Assembly: GCA_965208325.1 (NCBI GenBank)
Contig: OZ242326.1
Location: 3,776,001 to 3,840,000, forward strand
Direction: 5' to 3'
Length of the DNA: 64,000 bases
DNA from: Candidatus Poribacteria bacterium
GTDB lineage: Bacteria > Poribacteria > WGA-4E > PCPOR2b
The notes below the pieces were generated by a model. It was not told the DNA's origin, searched no databases, and saw only the letters and a program-made list of their open reading frames with translations. The translations under genes and the position numbers were made by a program. This document shows positions 19,768 through 29,455 of the stretch, piece by piece; position 1 is the stretch's first letter, and the number at the start of each line of letters is the position of its first letter.

Positions 19768-22287
19768 TTGAGGACTATTGTGTGTAAAGTATTTTCCTTT
19801 TTTCTCCTATTTGCGCTCTTTCTCTTCGCTGTTGGTACCCTAGCACTAGCAGCAGCGATGCCGGATTTTTCGGTAGATGCGGCGAGTATCACATTTTCCA
19901 ATCCGTCGCCGCTCGAAGGCGAGGAAATAACAATCCGTGTCACGGTGAAGAACATCGGAGAGGCAGCGTCAACGCGCAATGAAGACCTTGTTGTAAATCT
20001 TTACGAAGGCAATCCTAACGTGGATAATCCGGCGAAAAAGCCCCTTCGTATTCTTTGCAGAGATGCAATCTTTGGGCTAGCTCCCGGCAAATCTGACAGC
20101 GTAAAGACACAATGGCGGCCTCCGCCTGGTACGGTTGAGGTTTATGCTGTCGTTAACCCACCCGGCGATGACAAAGAGATTAAAGAGGTAAACCGGGAAA
20201 ACAACACAGCCCACACATCTATTACAGCAACGCCGCGTACATACCCTAGAGCAACACCGGCACAGATTCAAACCGCAATTCAGAAAGGTGTGAAATGGGT
20301 CAAAGCCCAACAAGGAAAGCACAGCCGAACTTGTGTGCAATGTGGAACTGAGAATCAGCTTATCTCTATCTGTATCATCTGCGGTGCAAACCTGAAAGGG
20401 CTGCCAGAAAATCTTCTGCATGGTCCTGCATGGGATTTTGGAGAAGACAGTCGGCAAGAAACCGCGATTGCTTTACTGACGTTGCTTTCGGCGGGTGTCA
20501 CCGTCTCAGATCCTGTTGTACAAGAAGGGTTGGAATTTTTAACGCATCAGGATATGAACAGTTTGCAAGTTTATCAACTCGCAATCATACTGCCGGCGCT
20601 TGTCGCTGCGAATGATTCGACATACCGTCAGCGCGCCCAGGTTGCGGTAAATCAGCTTGTCAGAAACCAATTGCCGGTTAAAGGTGATGAATTCCGGGAC
20701 CCAAGAGACGATGGCGGTTGGGGGTATGGGACAACTGCGGATGGAGCACATATGCACATGGTGATTTATGCACTCTACGCTGCGAAACAGTGGGGGCTTG
20801 ACATTCCGCGGGATACATGGGAGCGCGCCGAAAAGTGGATTCGACGTAATCAGATGGAAAGCGGCGGCTGGGTCTACAATCTTGTTGATGGTGGATCGCC
20901 TTGGGCGGAGGGAGTCTACGGCAGTATGACTGGAACCGGTCTGTGGGCGCTTCGGGCTTGCGGCGTCCCAGCGGAAGACCCGCAAATCCGGAAAGGGCAG
21001 GCGTGGGTTAAGGAGAATTGGTCGCTCACTCGCAATCCTGGATCGATTTCATGGCACTATTACTATCTTGTTTCGCTGCAGCGATTCTGCGACATCCCTC
21101 CCAAGTTGGAGACGCTTGCCGGGCATGATTGGTACCAGGAAATATCGAACATGCTCGTCGCCGTGCAGCAACCTGATGGACGCTGGATTGATCACGAAGA
21201 CTATTTCCCAACGACCTGTTTCGCATTGATGTTTTTGGCTCGCGCCCTACCGCGCCCCACCTCGCCTAACTTCGGCGCTGTTCATAGGAGCCTTCGCTTT
21301 TCTCCGCCTGCTCCGCGTGTCGGTGAGCCGGTCCGAATTAGCGTAACCCTGACAAATACGGGTATTCAACCCGATGAGTCTATCGTGAAGGTAGATTTCT
21401 ACGATGGAAATCCGGAACGGGATGGCAAAAAAATCGCCGATCAGGAGGTCATCTTTCATCGGGATCTTTACGAGACCACCACCACGGTTAACTGGGTGCC
21501 TACCGAGAAGGGAAGCCGTGAAATCTATGTTCTTGTTGATCCGGATAAACGGATTGACGATTTAGATCTCGAGAATAATACCGTGTCACAGGGGTTGGAT
21601 ATTCGCCCCCAGTCCGCTGCTGCCATTGATATGACGCCAGTCCCTCACGAGATTAGCGATGGCGTCCACCGTATGGGAGATGTGACAGTTGATTTCAACA
21701 AACGCGAAGTCACAGTACCGGGCGAAATAAATATAATTAGCGGAGATACCATCCTCGAATTTTTCGCCGTTGGCAAATTTGGCAAGACACATGAAAGTCT
21801 CATTATGGTCCATGCCGAACCCTCCCACATTTGGCTTGCACTCATAGAACTAGACATGACTCCGGGCATGAACCTCACAATCGAAGGCGATCCCCGCCAA
21901 CCTCAGGGCGATTCAGCCGAGGTTTGGGTCGAATGGGAGCGAGGAACCGAAGTTGTGCGCCATCGCGCTGATGAATTGGTGTGGAATGCCATGAAAGAAC
22001 ATCCGATGCAACAGACCCATTGGGTATTCACCGGTGCACGTATCGAAAATAATCAATTCACCGCGCAGAAATACCACAATATTATTGCGGTGTACCGCGA
22101 CCCGGATTCAATCTTTAATCACCCCTTGCCGGGTGGCAAGGACGATCGTACATACCGCGTCAATACGGATGCCGTGCCGTCAAAAGGTACCCCTGTGAAG
22201 GTCATCATTCGCCCAATTTCTGGCGAGGATAGTGAAAAAAAGTCAATGAATCGGCTTAAAGGTAGCTTAATTGAGGCATGGTCATGA
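19768..22287 (+). CDS. Secreted multidomain protein: CARDB, zinc ribbon, prenyltransferase/squalene-cyclase-like repeats, CARDB, YdjY-like domain
   Basis: VTVKNIG..EVNRENN (CARDB), CVQC..CIIC, QxxDGGWGY/QMESGGW/QQPDGRW repeats, second CARDB (DLDLENN), KTHESL..WVFTG. Confidence 0.7.
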   Translation: MRTIVCKVFSFFLLFALFLFAVGTLALAAAMPDFSVDAASITFSNPSPLEGEEITIRVTVKNIGEAASTRNEDLVVNLYEGNPNVDNPAKKPLRILCRDAIFGLAPGKSDSVKTQWRPPPGTVEVYAVVNPPGDDKEIKEVNRENNTAHTSITATPRTYPRATPAQIQTAIQKGVKWVKAQQGKHSRTCVQCGTENQLISICIICGANLKGLPENLLHGPAWDFGEDSRQETAIALLTLLSAGVTVSDPVVQEGLEFLTHQDMNSLQVYQLAIILPALVAANDSTYRQRAQVAVNQLVRNQLPVKGDEFRDPRDDGGWGYGTTADGAHMHMVIYALYAAKQWGLDIPRDTWERAEKWIRRNQMESGGWVYNLVDGGSPWAEGVYGSMTGTGLWALRACGVPAEDPQIRKGQAWVKENWSLTRNPGSISWHYYYLVSLQRFCDIPPKLETLAGHDWYQEISNMLVAVQQPDGRWIDHEDYFPTTCFALMFLARALPRPTSPNFGAVHRSLRFSPPAPRVGEPVRISVTLTNTGIQPDESIVKVDFYDGNPERDGKKIADQEVIFHRDLYETTTTVNWVPTEKGSREIYVLVDPDKRIDDLDLENNTVSQGLDIRPQSAAAIDMTPVPHEISDGVHRMGDVTVDFNKREVTVPGEINIISGDTILEFFAVGKFGKTHESLIMVHAEPSHIWLALIELDMTPGMNLTIEGDPRQPQGDSAEVWVEWERGTEVVRHRADELVWNAMKEHPMQQTHWVFTGARIENNQFTAQKYHNIIAVYRDPDSIFNHPLPGGKDDRTYRVNTDAVPSKGTPVKVIIRPISGEDSEKKSMNRLKGSLIEAWS

Positions 22288-22326
22288 TTTTCACCGGGCA
22301 TCGGGGAAGGATAATCGTAACAACAA

Positions 22327-23703
22327 ATGAACTTTATTGAGAAACTAAGAGATGTCCAAATCCTGGTTATGGACGTTGACGGGGTGTTGACAGACGGAAA
22401 ACTCTACTATTCAGATTCGCGTGAGGAGATAAAGGCTTACAATGTTCGTGACGGACAGGGACTGAAGCTCATCAAAAGTCATGGTATTAAGCTGGCTGTC
22501 ATCTCAGGACGTACAGGCGAGGCTGTTTGGAGGCGTGTGGAGGAACTGCATGTGGACGAGATTCGTCTGGGTGTGAGCGACAAACTTCCCGTTCTGCAGG
22601 ACATTTTGCGGCGGCATAACATATCGTCGGACCAGGCGCTTTACATCGGAGACGATCTCGGCGATATTGGCGTTTTGAACTTCGTTGGGTTGCCCGTTGC
22701 GGTCGCTGACGCCCACGATACCGCGAAGCGCAGCGCCGATTACATAACGCGCAACATTGGTGGAGGCGGCGCCGTAAGAGAGATCTGCGACATGATAATT
22801 TCTCAGAAAGAAGAACGTCCACAGAGTCCAGATGCTGTCGTGAAGCCAATGGACAACCGCCAAGACCGTTATCCCAAGACAAATGTCGTTGCGATAAACG
22901 GTGTTCAGATTGGCGGAGGGCGCCCAATTGCGCTTATCGCGGGACCCTGCGTCATTGAAAGTCGGGATCACACGTTCAAGATGGCTGAAGCAATTAAAGG
23001 CATTTCGGGAAAATTGGGAGTCCCGTTTGTCTTCAAATCCTCGTATGACAAGGCGAACCGGTCCGCCATAAGCTCCTATCGAGGTCCCGGGCTTGTGAAT
23101 GGGCTTTCCATCTTAGCGGAGGTCCAAAAAGAGGTTGGCGTGCCGGTGCTTTCAGATGTACACCGCGTCAATCAGGTTAATCCTGCTTCCTCTGTGCTTG
23201 ACGCGATACAGGTCCCCGCATTCCTTTGCAGACAGACAGATCTGCTCGTTTCGGCTGGAAGCACCGGGAAACCAATCAACGTAAAGAAGGCGCAGTTCAT
23301 GTCGCCGCAGGACATGAGCAATGTTGTTGACAAGATCAAATCCACGGGAAACCAAAATATCCTGCTCACCGAAAGAGGCAGTTGTTTCGGTTACAACAAT
23401 TTGGTCGTTGATATGAGTTCGATTCCTATCATGCAGTCCTCCGGATGTCCGGTTGTGTTCGACGCGACGCACAGCACTCAGTTGCCGGGCGGCTTGGGGA
23501 GAAGCTCCGGTGGACGAAGAGAGTTCGCGGCACATTTAGCGCGCGCAGCTACTGCAGTCGGGATAGACGCACTGTTTATGGAGGTGCACGACCGTCCGGA
23601 TGAAGCGCTTTGCGACGGGGAAAACATGATAAATCTGGAAATGTTGGAATCCATCCTGGCAGCCGTTGTGCAGATAGACAAGGTTGCGAAACATATCCAA
23701 TGA
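22327..23703 (+). CDS. kdsA: Fused KdsC (KDO-8-P phosphatase, HAD) and KdsA (KDO-8-P synthase)
   Basis: N-terminus has MDVDGVLTDG, GDDLGD, GGGGAVREI. C-terminus has IAGPCVIES, KSSYDKANRS, PAFLCRQTDL, DATHS. One continuous ORF. Confidence 0.93.
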   Translation: MNFIEKLRDVQILVMDVDGVLTDGKLYYSDSREEIKAYNVRDGQGLKLIKSHGIKLAVISGRTGEAVWRRVEELHVDEIRLGVSDKLPVLQDILRRHNISSDQALYIGDDLGDIGVLNFVGLPVAVADAHDTAKRSADYITRNIGGGGAVREICDMIISQKEERPQSPDAVVKPMDNRQDRYPKTNVVAINGVQIGGGRPIALIAGPCVIESRDHTFKMAEAIKGISGKLGVPFVFKSSYDKANRSAISSYRGPGLVNGLSILAEVQKEVGVPVLSDVHRVNQVNPASSVLDAIQVPAFLCRQTDLLVSAGSTGKPINVKKAQFMSPQDMSNVVDKIKSTGNQNILLTERGSCFGYNNLVVDMSSIPIMQSSGCPVVFDATHSTQLPGGLGRSSGGRREFAAHLARAATAVGIDALFMEVHDRPDEALCDGENMINLEMLESILAAVVQIDKVAKHIQ

Positions 23704-23910
23704 CCGCCGGTGTTCCGTTCAGCGTTGCCTGTCGAAGCTGAGCAGCTTAGTCGGACAGGTCCTGCCATCTTCTTCAATTCAGACGTAGTTGACAATGGAA
23801 TGCAAAGTGTGCGTCGATGCAGCGGTGGAACAGAGATGTATCTACCTCATGCATACATATATATGGTTTCATTCTTGTGATAGAGGAGAATCCGCACCCG
23901 TATAAATGTT

Positions 23911-24987
23911 ATGGAACGGCGATTAAATCCTAAAGCCCATGAAATCGCCATACTCGCTGAAGGTTCGTTCGGCATTCTGGAATCAAAAGCAGCCGCCGTT
24001 TTGGTGCGATACCTGACGGACAACGTCGTCGCCGTAATTGATAGCACGAAAGCGGGAAAAGATGCCGGTGAAATCATTGGCGTTGGCACTGGCATCCCAA
24101 TCGTTGGAAGCCTTGCCGAGGCAATGAAACTGAATCCGACAATGTTGGCAGTCGGAATCGCCCCGCCCGGCGGCGAGTTGCTTCCGAAATGGAAATCCAT
24201 GCTGCGTGAAGCAATCGAATCTGGACTGCACATTATGAGCGGGCTTCATTGGTTTCTGAGCAACGACCCGGAACTGGCAGAACTGGCAGCCCGCCGAGAC
24301 GTTATTCTATGGGATGTGCGCAAACCTCCGGCAAATCTCCCGATTGCAACCTGCAAAGCAGCCGATGTCGATGCAACCGTTGTTTTAACCGTCGGATCAG
24401 ATTGCCGCGTTGGAAAAATGGTTGTCGGAATCGAGCTTGCGAATGCGGCAAGAAGACGCGGTTTGAATGCTGCATTCTGTCCAACCGGACAAAATGGAAT
24501 GATGGTCTCTGGATGGGGAATCGCTGTTGACGCCGTGGTGTCCGACTTTTCCGCTGGAGCGGCGGAGCAGATAGTCATTGAAGGCGCCCAAAATCACGAC
24601 CTCCTCATTGTCGAGGGGCAGGGATCGCTAGTTCATCCGGGCTACTCCGGTGTCACGTTGAGCCTGCTGCACGGTTCGATGCCTGACGCGATGATATTTT
24701 GCCATCAACCCTCCCGAAAAGGGATCGCACGTTACACTGTCCCGTTGCCGTCATTAGGAGAGATGATCGCACAGTACGAGATTCTTGCCAATCCCGTTAA
24801 ACCCGCCAATGTCATCGGAATCGCTCTCAACTGTTTTGACCTCGCCGAAAATCAAGCCCGTGAAGCCATCGAATTAGCGGAGCGGGAAGCAGGCTTGCCC
24901 GCCACAGATGTCATCCGCTTCGGACCGCACAAATTGGTTGATGCGATTGTCAGTATGCAAAATCAACGCGCAAAATCCTCTGTGTGA
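23911..24987 (+). CDS. DUF1611 family protein (DgcN-like, putative D-glutamate N-acetyltransferase)
   Basis: GIAPPGG, SGLH, VGSDCRVGKM, TGQNG, DAVVSDF, VEGQGSLVHPGYS. Confidence 0.9.
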   Translation: MERRLNPKAHEIAILAEGSFGILESKAAAVLVRYLTDNVVAVIDSTKAGKDAGEIIGVGTGIPIVGSLAEAMKLNPTMLAVGIAPPGGELLPKWKSMLREAIESGLHIMSGLHWFLSNDPELAELAARRDVILWDVRKPPANLPIATCKAADVDATVVLTVGSDCRVGKMVVGIELANAARRRGLNAAFCPTGQNGMMVSGWGIAVDAVVSDFSAGAAEQIVIEGAQNHDLLIVEGQGSLVHPGYSGVTLSLLHGSMPDAMIFCHQPSRKGIARYTVPLPSLGEMIAQYEILANPVKPANVIGIALNCFDLAENQAREAIELAEREAGLPATDVIRFGPHKLVDAIVSMQNQRAKSSV

Positions 24988-25107
24988 CTTTGAAGGCAAT
25001 CTGTGCGCTTTAAACTGGACAAGAGTATAGTCGTCAGAGTGTCAGTCGTGACAATCTCAATATCATTGGAAAAGCGCCGAAGTAATGCAGTTGATGTGCT
25101 CTATGTG

Positions 25108-26871
25108 TCAACTAATGTCTGGATTCAATTCTGACGCTTTCGTGGTGTCTTTAAGACGAAATGGTGCTGCAGTTCGCCCGCCTTTGGGAAGCCCAAGCGG
25201 CAGATGCACATTTAGGAGGAATGGACGCCCCTCTCCTTCGACGACGTCAAGTCCATGGGCGATCGCATCGGGAAGGTAGGATTCATCCTGTACGTGCATG
25301 CCGTCTATTCCAAATCCGTCCGCAAGCTTTACCGGATCCGCCCCATCTAAAACTACACCGGCATATTCGCCGGACCGCTGCATAGTGGTTCCATCCGTTT
25401 TCGAAAAGAGGTTAGCGACAACGCCATAGCATCGGTTGTTCGGTACAATGTAAAGCACAGGAATGCCGTGATGCGCTGCTGTCCACATCCCTGAATCCGC
25501 ATAGAACATCGATCCATCGCCGACTAACCCGACTACAGGCTTATCCGGCGCTGCGAGCTTCACGCCGATTGTCCCGCCGACGCCGTAACCCTCCGAACCA
25601 CCTGCGGGCCGAATATATACGGTGTTGTTGGCTTTATGCACCGCGCCTATATTATCCAAGGGCACCGCAAACTGCTCAATCATGACGTGTCCGCCGCCCA
25701 TGCGTTCCAACGCTGCGTCCAATGCGTCGGCTAGTATCCACGGGCGTACTTTACCGGCCTGAGGTGCTACGCGTTGTGCAGCCTGCATCCGTTGTGCACG
25801 GAGTGCAGTGGCTTGCTCATGCGCCATATTACGGCGTTCATCAAAGCGGTTCGGTGCAAATTCCTTCGTCGCCAGTTCTTTGAGACGTTCCAGCGTTCGG
25901 CACTCGTCCGCCAAAATTGCCAAATCAAGCGTTTGGGTATTTTTCAGATGTTCATTGTCCGAGCCGATAGCGATAATCTCTTGCGCTGCGGAAAATGTGA
26001 CGAAATCCCGGGGATGCCCGGTCCCGGTATGCCGTACTCCGATGCAAACAATGACATCCGGATTGAGCAGCTTTCCCGCTTGATCGAACCGTCCGCAATG
26101 CAGCTTATGCTTAATCGAAACGCCTCGCATATCGCCGGCTATGGGAATGCCGAAATGCTCTGCAATTGCGGCGGCATGAAATCCTGCACCGCTTTTCCAT
26201 ACGCCGTCACCGATATAAAGCAGCGGACGCTCCGCGTCGCACAGCGATCGTGCAACCGCTTCTACGTCATTGTCATCCGGATAGCCTGCACGGAGGTTGG
26301 GGATGTCTCCCTCTATAATGTTCGTGGTTACCTGCTGGTCATGCAGCAGCCGATCGTAAACGGCGAGATGTACGGGTCCGACCGGCGGCGTTTTTGCCAC
26401 CCGTAGGGCGCGGTGGATGGCTTGCGGAAGGCCGTCTGGCTCAATCACCGTCCAATTCGCTTTGGTGAAGGGCGCGGAGATGGAGGTTGGCCCAAAGCTA
26501 TGATCAAAATCCAGTTCGATTTTATCCAAATAGCTGCCGGTGTCGCCCGCAAACGTGATGACGACAACCGGAAATTTACCGCTCCAGATGTTGATAAGCT
26601 GACCCAAGCATTGCGCCAACCCGGCGCCAAGATGAACCAACATGACCGCCGCATCGAGTTTGACTTGGGTGTAACCTCCAGCCATAGCCGCAACGCCTCC
26701 CTCGTGGAGTGCTAAGATGCCGTGTATATCAGGGTGCGCATGTAATGCATCGAAAAAGCGCGCCTCGCGCGAGCCGGAGTTATTGAAAACATACTTCACC
26801 CCTGACGCCGCGAGCTGTTCAATCATAATCTGAGATGGATTTGCTGAGATGGGATTTGTTTGCACCGACAC
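25108..26871 (-). CDS. Thiamine pyrophosphate-binding protein (benzoylformate decarboxylase-like)
   Basis: FNNSGSRE, LALHEGGVAAMAGGY, PPVGPVHL, GDGSMFY..NNRCY. Confidence 0.85.
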   Translation of the reverse strand: MSVQTNPISANPSQIMIEQLAASGVKYVFNNSGSREARFFDALHAHPDIHGILALHEGGVAAMAGGYTQVKLDAAVMLVHLGAGLAQCLGQLINIWSGKFPVVVITFAGDTGSYLDKIELDFDHSFGPTSISAPFTKANWTVIEPDGLPQAIHRALRVAKTPPVGPVHLAVYDRLLHDQQVTTNIIEGDIPNLRAGYPDDNDVEAVARSLCDAERPLLYIGDGVWKSGAGFHAAAIAEHFGIPIAGDMRGVSIKHKLHCGRFDQAGKLLNPDVIVCIGVRHTGTGHPRDFVTFSAAQEIIAIGSDNEHLKNTQTLDLAILADECRTLERLKELATKEFAPNRFDERRNMAHEQATALRAQRMQAAQRVAPQAGKVRPWILADALDAALERMGGGHVMIEQFAVPLDNIGAVHKANNTVYIRPAGGSEGYGVGGTIGVKLAAPDKPVVGLVGDGSMFYADSGMWTAAHHGIPVLYIVPNNRCYGVVANLFSKTDGTTMQRSGEYAGVVLDGADPVKLADGFGIDGMHVQDESYLPDAIAHGLDVVEGEGRPFLLNVHLPLGLPKGGRTAAPFRLKDTTKASELNPDIS

Positions 26872-26923
26872 ACTCCTAAATCGAAAGTTAGTTTACTGAG
26901 GGAGAGTCAATGAAATCACTCTT

Positions 26924-26951
26924 ATTTTATGTATATGCGCATCAGTGTCAA
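26924..26951 (-). promoter_or_regulatory. Sigma70-type promoter
   Basis: TTGACA-16 nt-TAAAAT on the minus strand, upstream of the TPP gene. Confidence 0.5.
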
Positions 26952-27038
26952 GCAAAAACTTGAAGATGCGCTTGCCAACTGCACCACATTATTATCTTGC
27001 ATTTTTGGGCAGAAGCGATAAACTATAGTAAAGTCTTT

Positions 27039-27300
27039 GTAGGTTGGGTTGAGCAGAGATTATGAAAAGCGCGCAAATTTTGTAAGCGATTCGTGTGTTT
27101 AAATTGTTTCATAAGCGTAATGATGCAGCGTAACCCAACGCTTTTGGTTTATCGCGAGGTGTTCAATTTATTGAAACCGGATCGGATTCACGAAGAACGT
27201 CGGGTTGCGCTGCGTGTGTATTGCGAACTGCATGGTTCGGTATTCGGAACGGTAGTTGCCGCGTGCACAGCCTTGCGAAAACCCGCTTAAGCCAACCTAC
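27039..27300. repeat. REP-doublet-like palindromic element (GTAGGTTGGGTTGAGC type)
   Basis: Outer pair GTAGGTTGGGTTGAGC and GCTTAAGCCAACCTAC; inner pair GCAGCGTAACCCAACG and CGTCGGGTTGCGCTGC. A half copy lies at 30346-30361. Confidence 0.7.
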
Positions 27301-27368
27301 GGAAGCTATATTTCCGTTCCACCGGCCGGGGATTGGGTAGACGCAAGACCTCACTCGGTTTAATCCCC

Positions 27369-27394
27369 GTAGGGGCAGTCCTTGTGATTGCCCT
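27369..27394 (+). repeat. REP-like palindrome (GTAGGGGCA type)
   Basis: GTAGGGGCAGTCCTTGTGATTGCCCT, similar to the copies at 13083-13142. Confidence 0.65.
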
Positions 27395-27461
27395 TGATGC
27401 TGAAGTGCGTAACTCCTAACAGTATTGAATTATGCCCATTCAAACGCGAGAGGAATAAAAG

Positions 27462-29303
27462 ATGACAATCTTAGCAAAAAAAGGCCGACTACCCGATTTC
27501 CCAGTTTTTCGGCATAGTGTTTTGTCGTGGATGGGGGTTGGTGTGCTCACCGCCATACTTGCATTTAATGTAATGGGTGAGCAAGTTGTGTTGAATTCCG
27601 ACTCCACTCAGAACGAGGTACTGATTGTGCAAGAGGAGATTAGACACACTAACCAAGGGAATGAAAAGGGGGTCATAGCAGCCGATACGCTCGACTTAGC
27701 TGATCATGCGAAACTCGCTTTGAACTATCTAAAAGGCAACATGGACCTCAGGGGGCTTGGGCGGTACAAAGGTGCTCCCGGGGCGATTTTCCCCGTTGTC
27801 AAGGGACAGCCTTACCACAACGTGATTCTTAATGCCGACCACCCTCTCATGGAACACGTGGTCGGGGACGATGTGGCTTCAATCGGCATGGGCGCCATCA
27901 TACAAGCTCGCAGTATGCTCGGTATTGAGGAGTATCTTGAAGAGGAGAACATCTTAAAGGAATTGATGATGGGGTTTATCCAACCGAACGGAGCCATAGT
28001 GGCTCATGGAACACATCCGGCTTATGCCTTGGATAGCTTCATCACCTGGTATGCAGTTTCAGAAGATGAAGCTGTCAAGGATATGATTGAAAGGGATATT
28101 GAAGCCCTTCAGGGTTCGAACGACCACTATCTAATAGACCCGCTCGCCAGATGGTACGAGATAACAGAAAGCGATTCGGCGCGAGTCCTTGCCGACCGTC
28201 TGACAAGCCGGTTTGTAAACGAATCGTCACGGGTTCGGAGCGATGGAAGTTTCATCCCCACCCCTCAAGGAGAAATCCCTCCGGGTTTTGAAACCGGATG
28301 GGATCCAAATGGTCATGTGGAGTCGAAGATAAGGCCTGGGGCAGGCGTCCTTAGGTTTGCCATAGCGACGGGGAATGTGGAACTGATTGAATGGAGCAAG
28401 AAGTTATTTGACTATGTCGAAAGCTTCAGCGGCGGCATCGGTTGGTACCCTGAAAGCCTCTTCTTTAGGGGTTATTCGGGAGTCTCGGGTTGTGAGACCT
28501 GTTGCATCAGAAGTATGCTGTTGATGGGAATACTTCTGGCAAAGGCCGGCTACCCAGCATATTGGAATAACGTGGAACGCGCTGCAAGAAATCACCTTGT
28601 TGAAAGCCAGTTGCAGGACACAAGTTGGGTAAATCGCCGCGGGCCCAGCCCCGATGAGACGCCGAGAATGACATATCGCGAGGTTCCCGAACGCGTACTG
28701 GGCGGATTTGCCGGATGGAGCGACCCAAACGACTGGGTCGGGAAGCGGATGAGCCGCAAAGGCAGCGTACAGATCATGCACTGCTGTATCTCCGGGACTG
28801 AAGCCCTTTACATCGTTTGGCACAATATCGTGACGCAAGACGAGAGCGGTGTGAGCGTGAACCTTCTTTTGAATCGGGATTCAAACTGGGTTCGAGTCAA
28901 TAGCCACATGCCGTACGAAGGGAAAGTGGAACTTTTTGTCCACAATGCGCCGGCTCTCTCGGTCCGTGTACCTGACTGGGTGAGCATACACGATGTGCAC
29001 GTTTTTGTCGATGACCGGGAGGTTGACGTGTTAGCCGAAGACTGGCACGGCGGTTATGTGCGGCTTACAGGTCTAAAACCCGGCCAGAAGGTCACGATTA
29101 CCTTTCCACAACGAGAGATTGCCGAAGAAAAGTTCTTTGCGGGGCGCACCTACACGCTTTCTTGGCGGGGTGATACAGTGGTGAACATCTCCCCCAACGG
29201 CGTCATCTCTCCCACCTACCAGCGCGGGGACATGCAGCACGGCAGAAGTGCGCCTTTGAAGCGCGTTGTCTACCACGTACCCGACAAAGAGGTGCCTTGG
29301 TAA
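27462..29303 (+). CDS. GH127/GH146-like (beta-L-arabinofuranosidase-like) exported protein
   Basis: N-terminal hydrophobic segment, CETCC and HCC motifs, ERAARNHL, then PYEGKV and VRVPDW beta-sandwich motifs. Confidence 0.65.
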   Translation: MTILAKKGRLPDFPVFRHSVLSWMGVGVLTAILAFNVMGEQVVLNSDSTQNEVLIVQEEIRHTNQGNEKGVIAADTLDLADHAKLALNYLKGNMDLRGLGRYKGAPGAIFPVVKGQPYHNVILNADHPLMEHVVGDDVASIGMGAIIQARSMLGIEEYLEEENILKELMMGFIQPNGAIVAHGTHPAYALDSFITWYAVSEDEAVKDMIERDIEALQGSNDHYLIDPLARWYEITESDSARVLADRLTSRFVNESSRVRSDGSFIPTPQGEIPPGFETGWDPNGHVESKIRPGAGVLRFAIATGNVELIEWSKKLFDYVESFSGGIGWYPESLFFRGYSGVSGCETCCIRSMLLMGILLAKAGYPAYWNNVERAARNHLVESQLQDTSWVNRRGPSPDETPRMTYREVPERVLGGFAGWSDPNDWVGKRMSRKGSVQIMHCCISGTEALYIVWHNIVTQDESGVSVNLLLNRDSNWVRVNSHMPYEGKVELFVHNAPALSVRVPDWVSIHDVHVFVDDREVDVLAEDWHGGYVRLTGLKPGQKVTITFPQREIAEEKFFAGRTYTLSWRGDTVVNISPNGVISPTYQRGDMQHGRSAPLKRVVYHVPDKEVPW

Positions 29304-29357
29304 GGGCTATCGAATGACCAAGGAAATGAAAAGGTCGATAGTGCTAACCTCCCGTAA

Positions 29358-29378
29358 CCCCTCCTTGGTAAGGAGGGG
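29358..29378. terminator. Palindrome between convergent genes (terminator or small repeat)
   Basis: CCCCTCCTT-GGT-AAGGAGGGG, a 9-bp stem. Confidence 0.45.
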
Positions 29379-29455
29379 AATGAAACCATCCCTCATTCGT
29401 TCCGACGATTCCTCTTTTACGCGTAGGTTCGAGTATTGAATCTTGGAGGCTCCAA

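Noticed and set aside
25774..26406. 210-aa plus-strand ORF
   Set aside because: Antisense shadow of the TPP-enzyme gene with no motifs. The same applies to most short ORFs in the track.
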